Positions 9,807 to 20,673 of a stretch of DNA of 64,000 bases are shown here, piece by piece. The stretch is taken from the NCBI GenBank assembly GCA_041640635.1, contig JBEPZX010000001.1, positions 96,001 to 160,000 on the forward strand, read 5' to 3'. Under the pieces are notes generated by a model. That model was given only the letters and a program-made list of their open reading frames with translations. It was not told the origin of the DNA and searched no databases. This DNA comes from Aquificaceae bacterium (GTDB lineage: Bacteria > Aquificota > Aquificia > Aquificales > Aquificaceae). The position numbers and the translations under genes are program-made. Position 1 is the first letter of the stretch, and every line of letters begins with the position of its first letter.

Positions 9807-10334
9807 ATGAAAAATCTAAAAGCACTTAAACAGAAGGCTCAAAATGTAAGATTTTTTTTGATGGATGTAGACGGAGTACTAACGGATGGGAAACTATACT
9901 ATACGGAAAGGGGGGAAGAAATAAAGGTTTTTAATGTTAAAGATGGTTTGGGGATAAAGCTTCTTCAGATGGCAGGAATACCAAGCGGCGTGATATCTGG
10001 GAGAAAATCAGGTGCTTTGGAGAAACGTTTAACGGAACTGGAAGTAGATGAAATTTATCTAGGGCACAATGAAAAGCTCAGTATATTGGATGAGATATTA
10101 AGAAGAAGAAACATAGGTTACGAGAATGTGGCTTACATAGGAGATGATTACGTGGATTTGCCCATTTTAAAGCGTGTAGGATTCCCTATGGCTGTGAAGG
10201 ATGCCCATCCCGTAGTTAAAAAACATGCTCTGTACGTTACCAAAGCCAGAGGTGGTGAAGGAGCTCTGCGAGAAGCTATAGAGTTCTTTCTTGATTTATC
10301 AGGATTTTTAAGTGCTTTGGTTGATGGAGTTTAA
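9807..10334 (+). CDS. kdsC: KDO 8-phosphate phosphatase (HAD)
   Basis: DVDGVLTDG, KDGLG, GDDYVD, GGEGALRE. Confidence 0.93.
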   Translation: MKNLKALKQKAQNVRFFLMDVDGVLTDGKLYYTERGEEIKVFNVKDGLGIKLLQMAGIPSGVISGRKSGALEKRLTELEVDEIYLGHNEKLSILDEILRRRNIGYENVAYIGDDYVDLPILKRVGFPMAVKDAHPVVKKHALYVTKARGGEGALREAIEFFLDLSGFLSALVDGV

Positions 10335-10840
10335 TGGTTAGAACAGTCCTTTTTAGCTTGTTTATTATTTTTGTAGGTTTTTTGCTAAACATGTTTGTGC
10401 AGAGTAGATACAAAAGTATAAAGTCTGTATCCGAAGACATCGGCAATAGAAGCTTGTTTGAAAACACACAAGTAAAGGTGTACGGTAAATCTGGTGTTGA
10501 ATGGATTGTTAAGGGTAACATTCTTGAAATGGAAAAGGATTGGGTCAAATTGCAGAACCCAGTTTTTGTCTCAAATAAGGGTGAAACAATAAAAGCAGAC
10601 AAAGGTATATTGAACAGATCTACAGGTTTAGGAAAATTGGAAGGAAATGTATTGCTAGAATCACAGGATATTTACATAGAAACTGATGTAGCTGATGTAG
10701 ACCTTAAGAATAACTTAATAAGTGGAGAAGGCTATGTATATGCAAAAAATGAAGATAAGATTATTCGTGGGAAAGGTTACGTTATATATCTTAGATCCCA
10801 AAAGGTTATAATTAAGAATGTAGATACGGAGATAAGATGA
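10334..10840 (+). CDS. lptC: LPS export protein LptC
   Basis: N-terminal TM anchor plus beta-rich domain, located between kdsC and lptA. Confidence 0.75.
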   Translation: MVRTVLFSLFIIFVGFLLNMFVQSRYKSIKSVSEDIGNRSLFENTQVKVYGKSGVEWIVKGNILEMEKDWVKLQNPVFVSNKGETIKADKGILNRSTGLGKLEGNVLLESQDIYIETDVADVDLKNNLISGEGYVYAKNEDKIIRGKGYVIYLRSQKVIIKNVDTEIR

Positions 10841-11292
10841 GAATCCTTATATTTCTTTATGTTTTGCTTATAGGTTTATCTTTTGGTCAACAAGGGATAC
10901 TTGTAGAAGCAAATAAAATGGAATATGAGAAAAATACCATAACTTACATAGGTAATGTGAAGGCTACACGTGGTCAAGCTTTATTAAAAGCAGATAAGGT
11001 AATTGTATACCTCGATGAAAATAAAAAAGCAAGTAAAATAGAAGCTATAGGCAATGTGTCTTACGTGGAAGGAATAAGAAAGGGTAAAGCGGATAGGGCA
11101 CAGTACGATTTGAAGTCAGAAATTCTAATCTTAATAGGAAACGCTAAGATTGAAGAAGGAACAAACTTTGTGGAAGGTGACGAAATTGTTTACTACAAAA
11201 GGGAAGATAGGGCAGTTGCAATAGGGAAAAACGGCAGAGTTAGGAGTTTCTACATAGAGGAAAAAGATGACAAAGTCAGAAATAATAAATAG
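10837..11292 (+). CDS. lptA: LPS transport periplasmic protein LptA
   Basis: Signal peptide and OstA-like GNV repeats. Confidence 0.85.
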   Translation: MRILIFLYVLLIGLSFGQQGILVEANKMEYEKNTITYIGNVKATRGQALLKADKVIVYLDENKKASKIEAIGNVSYVEGIRKGKADRAQYDLKSEILILIGNAKIEEGTNFVEGDEIVYYKREDRAVAIGKNGRVRSFYIEEKDDKVRNNK

Positions 11293-11548
11293 GCTTTCAA
11301 GTGATTACCAAATAGATGTAAAGCTTGCTGCAAAAATAGTAAACATGGTGTTTGACGAAATATTAAATCTTACAATAAATCACGGTAAATTAGAGATTAG
11401 GGGTTTTGGAAACTTTAAACTTAAAAAGAAGAACGGTAGGTTTATAAAGAATCCAAAAACTGGTGTGGAAATGTTTGTAAACAGTAGATACACTGTTGTA
11501 TTTAAACCTTCAGAAATTTTAATAAGGAAGATAAATGGAAAAGTTTGA
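11267..11548 (+). CDS. HU/IHF family DNA-binding protein
   Basis: MTKSE, IRGFGNF, NPKTG, FKPS. Confidence 0.9.
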   Translation: MTKSEIINRLSSDYQIDVKLAAKIVNMVFDEILNLTINHGKLEIRGFGNFKLKKKNGRFIKNPKTGVEMFVNSRYTVVFKPSEILIRKINGKV

Positions 11549-12575
11549 CGTAGTTATAATAGGTGGAGGTCCCGCTGGATCCACATGTGCTTATAAGTTA
11601 GCCAAAGCAGGAGCTAAAGTTCTGGTTGTGGATTTCAAAGTTCAAATTGGGAAACCTGTCCAATGTGCAGAGTTTGTGCCTATACAACTTTTTCATCAAT
11701 TTAAGGAGTTTTTTCCCAGGGAAGTGATAGCTCAGAAAGTAAAAAATATGGTTCACTATACACCTTGGAATCAGTTAGTAGACATGTGGTCGGAAGGCTT
11801 TGTTCTTCATAGAGAAAGGTTTGATTCAAACATCGCTCAGCTTGCCGTAAATAAAGGTACCAAGTATATGCTGCGAACCATCTTCTTAGGCTTTGAAGAT
11901 GGTAGGGTTCTATTGGAAGAGATACCTACAAGAAAAAGATTTAATCTAAAGGCTGAAATAATTGTAGGTGCAGACGGTCCAAGGTCAAAGGTGGCTAAAC
12001 TAACTGGAAGGCATACAAAAAGTTTTCTAACCACGGCTCAGTATACCATGAAGCTTAAGAAAAAACTTGAAGACTTAATAATTTACTTTAGGGAATATAT
12101 ACCTGGAGGGTACGGATGGATTTTCCCAAAGGGGGAATGGGCAAATGTAGGTGTTGGCATAGATCCGGAATATTCATACAACGTAATGGATGTGCTCAAA
12201 AGATTCGTTAATGAAGTTGTCTCAGATGGTTGGGTAGAAAAGAAAGTGATAAAAAAAACGGGTGGTTGGATACCTGCGGATGGTCTCTTGGATGTGAGAA
12301 GAGGTAGAGTTTTGCTGATAGGTGATGCGGGTGGTTTTTGTCATCCCATAACCGGTGGAGGAATAGCAAACGCAGTTTTATCTGGAGACGCTTGTGCCGA
12401 GGCTATAATAGAAGGGGACTTAGAAATTTTTCAGGAATATGCTTACGACACCTTTGGTACCACCCTTTCAAGGGCAGCTAAAAAACGCAAAATGCATATG
12501 AAGAAATGGGACAACTTAGAAAAAATCATTCCAAAAACGTGGATAGCTTTCAAGGAGTATTGGGAAACTTTATAA
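11535..12575 (+). CDS. Geranylgeranyl reductase family FAD oxidoreductase
   Basis: GGGPAG, GADG, GYGWIFP, GDAGG...PITGGGI. Confidence 0.85.
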   Translation: MEKFDVVIIGGGPAGSTCAYKLAKAGAKVLVVDFKVQIGKPVQCAEFVPIQLFHQFKEFFPREVIAQKVKNMVHYTPWNQLVDMWSEGFVLHRERFDSNIAQLAVNKGTKYMLRTIFLGFEDGRVLLEEIPTRKRFNLKAEIIVGADGPRSKVAKLTGRHTKSFLTTAQYTMKLKKKLEDLIIYFREYIPGGYGWIFPKGEWANVGVGIDPEYSYNVMDVLKRFVNEVVSDGWVEKKVIKKTGGWIPADGLLDVRRGRVLLIGDAGGFCHPITGGGIANAVLSGDACAEAIIEGDLEIFQEYAYDTFGTTLSRAAKKRKMHMKKWDNLEKIIPKTWIAFKEYWETL

Positions 12576-12580
12576 ACAAA

Positions 12581-12865
12581 TTATCCGCCAGCTATTGCTG
12601 GTACTATTGAAAGTGTATCTCCATCTTTTAGTTCGGTATTTGCTCCGTTTAAAAACCTAATATCTTCATCGTTTACATATAGGTTAACAAAACGTCTGAC
12701 TTCTCCATTTTCGTCCAGAATTCTTTCTTTAATACCTGGATACATGGAATCTAATTTCTCTATCAAAATAGATAATTTTATGCTACCTTCTGTATCAACA
12801 TTTATTTCCCCTTGTCCGTTAGTCAGTCTTCTGAGTGGCGTAGGTACTCTTACCACTATACCCAT
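12581..12865 (-). CDS. MoaD/ThiS/CysO-like ubiquitin-fold sulfur carrier
   Basis: RRFVNLYVNDEDIR and C-terminal PAIAGG. Confidence 0.9.
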   Translation of the reverse strand: MGIVVRVPTPLRRLTNGQGEINVDTEGSIKLSILIEKLDSMYPGIKERILDENGEVRRFVNLYVNDEDIRFLNGANTELKDGDTLSIVPAIAGG

Positions 12866-12903
12866 TTTTTACCTCCGAAAAAAAAGTGATTAATAATTAT
12901 AAC

Positions 12904-13341
12904 ATGGAACCTTATGAAGTATGTATTAATCTAGCGAAGCAGTCGTATCGTATGGGTGAGGTACCCGTAGGATGCGTGATAATAAAAAATGGTCAAATTT
13001 TAGCTGCTACGCATAATCTTGTACAGACTCTAAAAGACCCCACAGCTCACGCAGAAATACTCGCTATAAGGGAAGCAAGTAGTAAACTAAATGAGAAATT
13101 TTTGTTGGATTGTGAAGTCCATGTTACGATAGAGCCATGTATAATGTGCACTTACGCCCTACTACTTGCTAGAGTCTCAAAGATAATTTTTTATGCACCA
13201 GATCCAAAACATGGGGGAGTTATGAGCCTTTACAACATTTTAGACGATTCTCATCTAAACCACAAAGTTAAGTGGGTATATAAACCCAAAGAGGAGGCAA
13301 AGGAATTAATGAAGGCTTTCTTTAGGGAAAGAAGAGTGTAA
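12904..13341 (+). CDS. tadA: tRNA adenosine(34) deaminase (start probably ATG 12904; track gives 12886)
   Basis: GEVPVG, AHAE, EPCIMC, LNH, FFRERR. Confidence 0.9.
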   Translation: MEPYEVCINLAKQSYRMGEVPVGCVIIKNGQILAATHNLVQTLKDPTAHAEILAIREASSKLNEKFLLDCEVHVTIEPCIMCTYALLLARVSKIIFYAPDPKHGGVMSLYNILDDSHLNHKVKWVYKPKEEAKELMKAFFRERRV

Positions 13342-14199
13342 GCAGCCATTTTTAAGAAAGCAATCGGTATTTGCTTCTTCTACTTGGATAGTAGTATGTT
13401 TTATTCCATACTCATTCAATATAGTGTTTATTCTCTGTATAGCTTCTGTAGAGTTTTTTATGTCATTTACTACTATGTGAGCTGTAAAGATGTGATCTTT
13501 TGGTGTTAGTGACCAAAGATGAAGGTCATGTAAATCTTCCACATAAGGCAAGCTTCTTATTTTGGCTTCTATTTTTTCCAACGGGATGTGTGAAGGTGCA
13601 GTTTCTAAAAATATTTCAATGGATATCCTTAATATGTTGTAAATTTGAGGTATTATTAGAAGAGTAAGTCCTAAACTCACAAACAAATCAGCTACGTAAG
13701 TTTGCGTTAAGAGTATAACTATACCAGCTATCAAGGTAGAGATGGATCCTATAGTATCAAATATAACGTGAAGAAAAGCAACTTTTAAGTTTATGTTTTC
13801 ATGCGCATGATTGTGTAAAAGAAAAACCATAATAAGGTTTAGGATTAAACCTATAAATGCTACAGTCAACATAGGAATTGCCATGATTTCAACGGGACTG
13901 AAGAATCTGTTTATGAATTCGTATAAAATGTAACCTATCAGGAAAATAAGAAATATAGCATTTATAAAACTGGATAAAACTTCAGCTCGCTTGAGTCCGT
14001 AAGTCATTCTATTAGTACCATTTTTTGAAGCCAAGTAGCTACCTATGAACGCTATAAGCAAAGCAGCAGAATCTGTGAACATGTGACCAGCATCGGAGAC
14101 CAAAGCCAAACTGTTGGTGTAAATACCTGTTAAGAATTCGATTATCCCAAACCCGAATGTTATTAGCAAGGCTATGCCTAATACCTTTTTTTGCTCCAT
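13306..14199 (-). CDS. Cation diffusion facilitator (Zn/Co/Cd efflux, CzcD-like)
   Basis: SLALVSDAGHMFTD, HVIFD, HDLHLW, HTTIQ. Confidence 0.9.
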   Translation of the reverse strand: MEQKKVLGIALLITFGFGIIEFLTGIYTNSLALVSDAGHMFTDSAALLIAFIGSYLASKNGTNRMTYGLKRAEVLSSFINAIFLIFLIGYILYEFINRFFSPVEIMAIPMLTVAFIGLILNLIMVFLLHNHAHENINLKVAFLHVIFDTIGSISTLIAGIVILLTQTYVADLFVSLGLTLLIIPQIYNILRISIEIFLETAPSHIPLEKIEAKIRSLPYVEDLHDLHLWSLTPKDHIFTAHIVVNDIKNSTEAIQRINTILNEYGIKHTTIQVEEANTDCFLKNGCLHSSFPKESLH

Positions 14200-14250
14200 G
14201 ATTACTGTTAATATTTAAATTATGATACTAAAGTATGAAAGCAATAAAAA

Positions 14251-16626
14251 ATGAGCACAGAGAAGCTTGAAAAGGCAAAGTCTTTAATAAAATCTCTAAA
14301 AGAGAAAAACTATCTAAAACTTAGAAGAAGTATAGGTACAGGTATGTACCTTTTTAATCTTCTGAAAGATTATTTGAGTATTACCTATCTAGATCTTTTA
14401 AAAGAGTTTGATAGATTGCCCATCCAAAAACGAATAGCGATTCTTGAACAGGTAGAAAAAGTTGTAGAAAGTGCTAGTAGTAACATCGTTGTGTTTTATA
14501 ACTTTGACAACATACCTAAAAAGACTATAGAAAGCTTTTTCATAGATGTAGACAAGCTCAGTGTTTTGAGTGAAAAGGAGAAAAAACTTTTGAAAGCTTT
14601 TGGAATAAGAGATCTTTACTCTGCTCTATGGTTCTTACCTATAAGGTATGAAGATAGAAGGATAAATACTAGCATAATAACTGCCAAAGCAGGAAAGAAA
14701 GTAACTTTGAAGGTAAGTGTTTTAGAAAGTGGTTACAATGCTAACGAAAAGTATCCGGCGTTTGTAAAAGTCAAAGATAGCACAGATACTATGTATCTGA
14801 AATTTAGGTTTAAAAGTCCAAAAGCTTTAATACCTTTCAAAGTAGGATCAACTCTTATAGTTTATGGAACACTGAAAGAATTTAATAAACAGAAGTATAT
14901 GGTGCATCCAAAAATACTAAGAGATTACGAAGTAGGAAACATATTGCCTTTTTATAACGTACGTGGAGATGTAGGGATAAAGTCCGTAAATACTAAACAC
15001 AAGAAGCTTAGAGAAACCCTATCTAAACTCGTAGAGTATGCCAAAAGCATTAAGGAGTATCTTCCAAATGAGGTATTGCAAAAGCATAACTTTCCAAAAA
15101 TAGGTGAGTCACTGTACTTTTTACACAAACCCCCACCTATTGATATAGTGGACGAGTTAAACAACTTTCAAAGCATCTATCAAAAGCGTCTAATATACGA
15201 AGAGTTATTACTCTTTCAATTAGCATTGAGACTAAGGAAACTAAAAGTAGAAAGCTTACCAGCTATAGTAATAGGTTCGGATGCACAGGAGCATCTAGAG
15301 AATTTTAAGTCTAGATTACCCTTTAAATTAACGCTTCCTCAGGAGAAGGTGATACACGAAGCTTTAGAGAGTATGAGCTCTGGTAAACCAATGAATAGAT
15401 TACTGCAAGGTGATGTAGGAAGTGGCAAGACTGTTGTCGCTATGGCATTATCTTACATACTTGCCAAACATGGTTATCAAAGTGCTGTGATGGTACCTAC
15501 GGAAATACTGGCTTTTCAACACTATAAGAACTTTGAAAGCTTGCTATCACCTATGGGAATAAAGGTTGGACTTCTGGTAGGTTCAGTAAAAGGAGTCAGA
15601 CGAAAGTCTCTATACAAACATGTGAAGGATGGGGATATAGACATCGTTATAGGAACCCACGCTCTAATTCAGGAGGGCTTAGAATTTAAAAAACTTGGAC
15701 TTGTAATTATAGATGAGCAACACAGGTTTGGTGTCCTTCAAAGAAAGATCCTTATGGAGAAGGCAAAGGGTGTATATCCCCACTGTCTCGTAATGAGTGC
15801 TACACCTATACCTAGAACTTTGGCATTGTCTATATATGGTGACTTGGATGTTTCTATAATAGATCAGCTACCGCAAGGAAGGAAACCCGTTATAACACGA
15901 TTGATGTTCGATAGTGAGTTTGAAAGGGTGTTGGAGTTTGTAAAAAGGGAAATGCAACAAGGAAACAAAGTTTACGTGGTATATCCTCTTATAGAAGAGT
16001 CGGAGAAAACAGACCTAAAGGCTGCAACTGTGGAGTATAAAAGGTGGCAGTCCTTGTTTCCAGACAGAAACGTTATTTTGCTGCATGGAAAAATGAAAGA
16101 TGAGCAGAAACAAGAAGTTCTAAAAGAGTTCAAAGAAAAGGGACATATTTTGGTGTCAACTACCGTAATAGAAGTAGGGATAGATATACCGGAAGCCACG
16201 GTTATGGTGATAGAATCCGCTCATAAGTTTGGTCTGTCTCAACTGCACCAGCTAAGGGGTAGGGTAGGCAGATCAGACAAACAAGGTTTCTGCTTTTTGG
16301 TTGTTCCAGATAACATAAAGAACCAAGACAGCGATACATTAAAGAGGTTAGGAATCTTGGTCAGAACCAACGATGGGTTCAAGATAGCAGAAGAGGACCT
16401 GAAGATAAGAGGTCCAGGTGAGCTTTTGGGAGCCTCCCAATCAGGATACTTTGGTTTTAACATAGCGAATTTAAATAGGCTTTTAGACACAAAGCTTTTG
16501 CAAGTAGCTAAAGAGGATGCTCTATTCATCTTAGAAAAGGATTCCAAGCTAGCCAATTTAGTAGACCTTAAAAAGGTTATTCTTAAAAGGTACTCACAGA
16601 AGTTGGATCTAGGACATATAGCTTAA
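14251..16626 (+). CDS. recG: ATP-dependent DNA helicase RecG (long N-terminal form)
   Basis: QGDVGSGKT, DEQHRFG, SATPIPRT, QLRGRVGR, DLKIRGPG. Confidence 0.96.
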   Translation: MSTEKLEKAKSLIKSLKEKNYLKLRRSIGTGMYLFNLLKDYLSITYLDLLKEFDRLPIQKRIAILEQVEKVVESASSNIVVFYNFDNIPKKTIESFFIDVDKLSVLSEKEKKLLKAFGIRDLYSALWFLPIRYEDRRINTSIITAKAGKKVTLKVSVLESGYNANEKYPAFVKVKDSTDTMYLKFRFKSPKALIPFKVGSTLIVYGTLKEFNKQKYMVHPKILRDYEVGNILPFYNVRGDVGIKSVNTKHKKLRETLSKLVEYAKSIKEYLPNEVLQKHNFPKIGESLYFLHKPPPIDIVDELNNFQSIYQKRLIYEELLLFQLALRLRKLKVESLPAIVIGSDAQEHLENFKSRLPFKLTLPQEKVIHEALESMSSGKPMNRLLQGDVGSGKTVVAMALSYILAKHGYQSAVMVPTEILAFQHYKNFESLLSPMGIKVGLLVGSVKGVRRKSLYKHVKDGDIDIVIGTHALIQEGLEFKKLGLVIIDEQHRFGVLQRKILMEKAKGVYPHCLVMSATPIPRTLALSIYGDLDVSIIDQLPQGRKPVITRLMFDSEFERVLEFVKREMQQGNKVYVVYPLIEESEKTDLKAATVEYKRWQSLFPDRNVILLHGKMKDEQKQEVLKEFKEKGHILVSTTVIEVGIDIPEATVMVIESAHKFGLSQLHQLRGRVGRSDKQGFCFLVVPDNIKNQDSDTLKRLGILVRTNDGFKIAEEDLKIRGPGELLGASQSGYFGFNIANLNRLLDTKLLQVAKEDALFILEKDSKLANLVDLKKVILKRYSQKLDLGHIA

Positions 16627-17874
16627 CTAAAGCTTGAGTATGTAATCAGCTTTTTCTACCGCATCTTTTACGAGATTTAATATTTCATCCTTTTCTATTT
16701 GTGTTTGCTTTTCTAAACTATCAAGAAGGGGATCTGAGTAAGGATTACTAGATGATAGTATGGCATTAGATGCTTCCTCAATCAAAACTGCTTTATTGAG
16801 TATTGAATTTAAAACTTGATTTTTACCTGTAAAACCATCTATTATATCTTGCGATACATTTACCTCTTTTAAAAAGACAATCTTATCTTCCCCTACTATT
16901 TGATCTATCAAAGAAAACAGCCCCATCATGTAAGCTTTAGATGAAATGTCCTTTGCATGTGAATTTGCTATCCTTTCAGCTATTATAGCCCTTACTAAAG
17001 ATTTTTTCCATAAATTGGGATCTTCTATGGTTAGGTAATCGTTTATAGAAAATACCATTAAAAAGTTCCTTAGGTTTCTGAGACCTAGCATAGCGCATGC
17101 TTGCTCTATGTTTGTTATCTCTTTAACTAAAGAGAAATACGCAGAATTGACCAATTTTAAAATTTTAGCACTCATTCCTACATCTGTGGATATCACTTTT
17201 GCTATTTCCTTTGTGCTTTCCGCAGTGTGAATTATGGCTAATAGTCTTAGTAACGTGCTCTTTAAATACTGTGTTATATGTATCTCTTTCTGGATTAGCG
17301 GAGGCCCCAGGAAATTTCCTTCAAAAAACATGCCTACTTCTAAGGCTTTATTGTATTCCTTTTCTGTTTCAATTTGCGTTATTATTAAAGCTTTATTATC
17401 AGCTTTTGATTTTAGTTCTAGTTCCTTACTTAGTTTATGGATGCTGGTAGTAATAAAGTGTGCTTTTTTATACATTTCTTGATAGAAGCTGTCTTGTATC
17501 AAATCTTCTGATATAGAAAACCTGGTTCCACTATTCGTCATATTGTCCATGACCTTTAAAATATTTTGATAAACTATCTGACCTATACTTATCTGAGGAT
17601 GAATGATTTCTATAATTAACTTGCTAGGTTCTAGCAAATTTAGAGCTTTGTTCATGAGAGAATCTACAGATACATTCAATATGATCTTTTTCCCTTCCCC
17701 CACTCTTTCTAGACCATATTCGGAAATTATTTCCAGTATTATAAAAGTAGCTCTGTTGTATGGAACTTCCTTTGGATACTCTTTCATACTACTCTTTTTT
17801 CTTAAATAAACTTCAAAGGCTACTAAATTCCCCTTTTTGTCAAATACTGGTTGTTTGGCTATAACAAAACTCAT
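16627..17874 (-). CDS. Degenerate EAL plus HDOD domain protein (YuxH/PdeH-like architecture)
   Basis: N-terminal IAKQPVFD..AFEVYLR and C-terminal KILKLVNSAYF...AYMMGLFS. Confidence 0.8.
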   Translation of the reverse strand: MSFVIAKQPVFDKKGNLVAFEVYLRKKSSMKEYPKEVPYNRATFIILEIISEYGLERVGEGKKIILNVSVDSLMNKALNLLEPSKLIIEIIHPQISIGQIVYQNILKVMDNMTNSGTRFSISEDLIQDSFYQEMYKKAHFITTSIHKLSKELELKSKADNKALIITQIETEKEYNKALEVGMFFEGNFLGPPLIQKEIHITQYLKSTLLRLLAIIHTAESTKEIAKVISTDVGMSAKILKLVNSAYFSLVKEITNIEQACAMLGLRNLRNFLMVFSINDYLTIEDPNLWKKSLVRAIIAERIANSHAKDISSKAYMMGLFSLIDQIVGEDKIVFLKEVNVSQDIIDGFTGKNQVLNSILNKAVLIEEASNAILSSSNPYSDPLLDSLEKQTQIEKDEILNLVKDAVEKADYILKL

Positions 17875-17881
17875 GTCCCCC

Positions 17882-19162
17882 CTATTTATGAAGCTTTATT
17901 ATATCATCTACTACTTCTTCTCTTAATTCAGGATACAAGGGAAATTGCTCGCATATTTGTGCCACTTCCTGTTTTACTTCTTCTATTAAATTCTCATTAT
18001 CTATGTTTTTTATAACTTTGGCAATAAGTTTCGCTGTGATTCTGCTTTCATATTCCTTCATACCTCTCGTGGTTATGGCGGGTGTTCCTATCCTTATTCC
18101 GCTGGTCTTGGTGGGTGGTAGCGGATCAAAGGGCACGGCGTTTTTGTTGACTGTTATATTGGCTCTTCCAAGAGCTTCCTCTACTTGCTTACCTGTGAGT
18201 CCCTTGTCCCTGAGGTCCACCAAAACTATGTGACTGTCCGTCCCACCTGTTACTATCTTGAAACCTTCCCTTGAAAGCTCATCAGCCATGGCTTGTGCGT
18301 TCAGTACCACCTGTTTGGCATACTCCTTAAATGCGTCGGTCATGGCTTCTTTGAAAGCAACGGCTTTTGCCGCTATGACGTGCATCAAGGGTCCCCCTTG
18401 TATTCCTGGAAATACCGCCTTGTCTATGTCCTTGGCAAACTCAGCTTTGCAGAGTATAAAGCCGCTTCTTGGTCCCCTTAGTGTCTTGTGGGTTGTAGAG
18501 GTCACAAAGTGAGCGTAAGGCACGGGATTAGGATACACGCCACCTGCGATGAGTCCAGAGTAGTGCGCCATATCTACCATAAATAAGGCGCCTACCTCAT
18601 CCGCTATCTCTCTCATCTTTGCCCAGTCTATAACTCTTGGGTATGCAGAAGCTCCACCCACTATGAGTTTGGGTTTGTGCTCCTTTGCCAACTTGTACAT
18701 CTGGTTGTAGTCTATCCTTTCTGTTTCTGGATTTAAACCGTAATACACAGCGTTGTATACTTTGCCTGAGAAGTTCACCTTTGCTCCGTGGGTTAAGTGT
18801 CCACCGTGGGCAAGATCCATTCCCATTATGGTATCACCTGGTTTTAGGACAGCCATGTACACAGCCATATTGGCTTGGCTTCCAGAGTGTGGTTGCACGT
18901 TGGCATGCTCTGCACCATAAATAGCCTTTACCCTCTGAATTGCTAAATCTTCCGCTATGTCTACAAACTCACATCCGCCGTAATACCTTTTATGTGGTAG
19001 TCCTTCGGCGTATTTGTTGGTAAGGACTGATCCTTGAGCTTCCATAACGGCAAGGGATGTAAAGTTCTCAGAAGCTATAAGCTCAAGATGATAAAACTGC
19101 CTCTGGTACTCTCTAACTATTACTTCGTAAATTTCTCTGTCTACTTCTTTAATGTGTCTCAT
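17882..19162 (-). CDS. glyA: Serine hydroxymethyltransferase (start probably ATG 19162)
   Basis: [32 protein letters not shown]. Confidence 0.97.
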   Translation of the reverse strand: MRHIKEVDREIYEVIVREYQRQFYHLELIASENFTSLAVMEAQGSVLTNKYAEGLPHKRYYGGCEFVDIAEDLAIQRVKAIYGAEHANVQPHSGSQANMAVYMAVLKPGDTIMGMDLAHGGHLTHGAKVNFSGKVYNAVYYGLNPETERIDYNQMYKLAKEHKPKLIVGGASAYPRVIDWAKMREIADEVGALFMVDMAHYSGLIAGGVYPNPVPYAHFVTSTTHKTLRGPRSGFILCKAEFAKDIDKAVFPGIQGGPLMHVIAAKAVAFKEAMTDAFKEYAKQVVLNAQAMADELSREGFKIVTGGTDSHIVLVDLRDKGLTGKQVEEALGRANITVNKNAVPFDPLPPTKTSGIRIGTPAITTRGMKEYESRITAKLIAKVIKNIDNENLIEEVKQEVAQICEQFPLYPELREEVVDDIIKLHK

Positions 19163-19205
19163 TTCTAACAATTATAATGCCTAAAACTTCATGTGACAAT
19201 TTGTG

Positions 19206-19234
19206 TTGCATATATGACATATTTGACATATAAT
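19206..19234 (+). promoter_or_regulatory. Sigma70-type promoter of moaE-moaA, predicted leaderless
   Basis: TTGCAT-17 nt-TATAAT, 7 nt before the ATG, no SD. Confidence 0.6.
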
Positions 19235-19241
19235 TTGATTT

Positions 19242-19664
19242 ATGGTTCCTAAGTTATATCTCGGAGTGGAGTGGATAGGTTTGGAGAGGGTATTGCCTGA
19301 TTATCAAGTGCCACCTGAGTGTGGTGCCAGTGTTAGCTTTTTGGGCATAGCGCGTAGCGCTCCGGAGGACGGAGACGTTAAGGAACTCCATTACGAAGCT
19401 TTTCCCGAAATGGCGCTAAAGGTTATGCAGGAGATAAGACAGGAGGCTATACAGACGTTCAACGTCAAAGAAATATATATACACCACCGATTGGGAGTGG
19501 TCAAGGTAGGTGAACCTTCCTTTTTGGTGGTGGTCTTTGGTGGACACAGGGAAGAGACTTTCAAAGCCTGTAGATACGTTGTAGATGAGGTAAAAAAGAG
19601 AGTTCCTATTTGGAAAAAAGAGGTCTTCTCCGATGGAAAGGGAGAGTGGGTCCTTGGTGGATAA
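19242..19664 (+). CDS. moaE: Molybdopterin synthase catalytic subunit
   Basis: [26 protein letters not shown]. Confidence 0.93.
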   Translation: MVPKLYLGVEWIGLERVLPDYQVPPECGASVSFLGIARSAPEDGDVKELHYEAFPEMALKVMQEIRQEAIQTFNVKEIYIHHRLGVVKVGEPSFLVVVFGGHREETFKACRYVVDEVKKRVPIWKKEVFSDGKGEWVLGG

Positions 19665-20643
19665 ACTCTACAGACCCTTAAAAGATCTGAGAATTTCGGT
19701 AACGGATAGGTGTAACTTTAGGTGTAACTTCTGTATGCCTGCGGGAGAACCTGTTGAGTTCTACCCAAGAAATGAGATACTGAGCTTTGAGGAAATTCTG
19801 AAAGTAGTGAAAGCTTGTATGGAGCTGGGAGTAAAAAAGGTAAAAATAACAGGCGGTGAGCCTCTGCTCAGAAGGGACGTGCATAAACTCATAGGAATGA
19901 TAAAAAACATAGGTATGGACAATATTACACTCACAACAAACGGGTTTTTACTCAGAGAAAGGACTCATAAGCTAAAAGAATCGGGACTGAAGAGGGTTAC
20001 CGTAAGCGTGCATTCTTTAAGGGATGACGTTTTTTCAAAGATTGTTGGCAAAAGGGTTTACGTGAAAGATATTTTAGCGGGAATAGATGCTGCCATTGAT
20101 GTAGGATTAACACCTGTAAAGGTAAACGTGTGTGTAATTAAGGGTGTGAACGACTTGGAAATACTGGATATAGCTAAGTTTTTTAAAGAAAAGGGCTGTG
20201 TTGTGAGGTTTATAGAGTTTATGGATGTGGGCACGCTTAATGGCTGGTCCTTGGACAGAGTGGTAAGTTACGATGATATTTTGAGTATACTTTCTAAAAG
20301 CTTCAAGTTTAAACCTCTGGGGAAGGACTATACGGAAACTTCTTTTAAGTTCACCTATGAGGATGATGGATTGGAGTTTCACGTAATACCTTCTGTGACA
20401 AGACCTTTTTGCACTGACTGTAGCAGGCTCAGACTCACAGCGGATGGTCACCTTTACACATGCCTCTTTGCAAGCTATGGATGGAACGTAAAGGAGCTAA
20501 TAAGAAAAAGAGCAAGCACAGAAGATATAAAAAACTTCATAATCAACGTATGGGCACAGAGACAAGACAAATACTCTCAGGAGAGATTGGAAAAACTAGA
20601 CTTAAAGAGTAAAAAAGTGGAGATGTTTAAGCTTGGTGGTTAA
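19633..20643 (+). CDS. moaA: GTP 3',8-cyclase (start uncertain)
   Basis: [23 protein letters not shown]...C, C-terminal GG. Confidence 0.95.
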   Translation: MERESGSLVDKLYRPLKDLRISVTDRCNFRCNFCMPAGEPVEFYPRNEILSFEEILKVVKACMELGVKKVKITGGEPLLRRDVHKLIGMIKNIGMDNITLTTNGFLLRERTHKLKESGLKRVTVSVHSLRDDVFSKIVGKRVYVKDILAGIDAAIDVGLTPVKVNVCVIKGVNDLEILDIAKFFKEKGCVVRFIEFMDVGTLNGWSLDRVVSYDDILSILSKSFKFKPLGKDYTETSFKFTYEDDGLEFHVIPSVTRPFCTDCSRLRLTADGHLYTCLFASYGWNVKELIRKRASTEDIKNFIINVWAQRQDKYSQERLEKLDLKSKKVEMFKLGG

Positions 20644-20673
20644 GTTAATTTGTAGAAATCCTATACAGGAGGT

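Noticed and set aside
12904..13341. tadA and its substrate tRNA-Arg(ACG) in the same window
   Set aside because: 24 kb apart with unrelated genes between; coincidental
14251..14560. N-terminal extension of RecG as a novel fusion
   Set aside because: Long N-terminal RecG forms are already known from Aquifex and Thermotoga
17882..19162. Higher GC in glyA as a sign of horizontal transfer
   Set aside because: Hand counts of sample lines in argG give similar values, so it is within the range of conserved genes; a formal codon analysis was not possible
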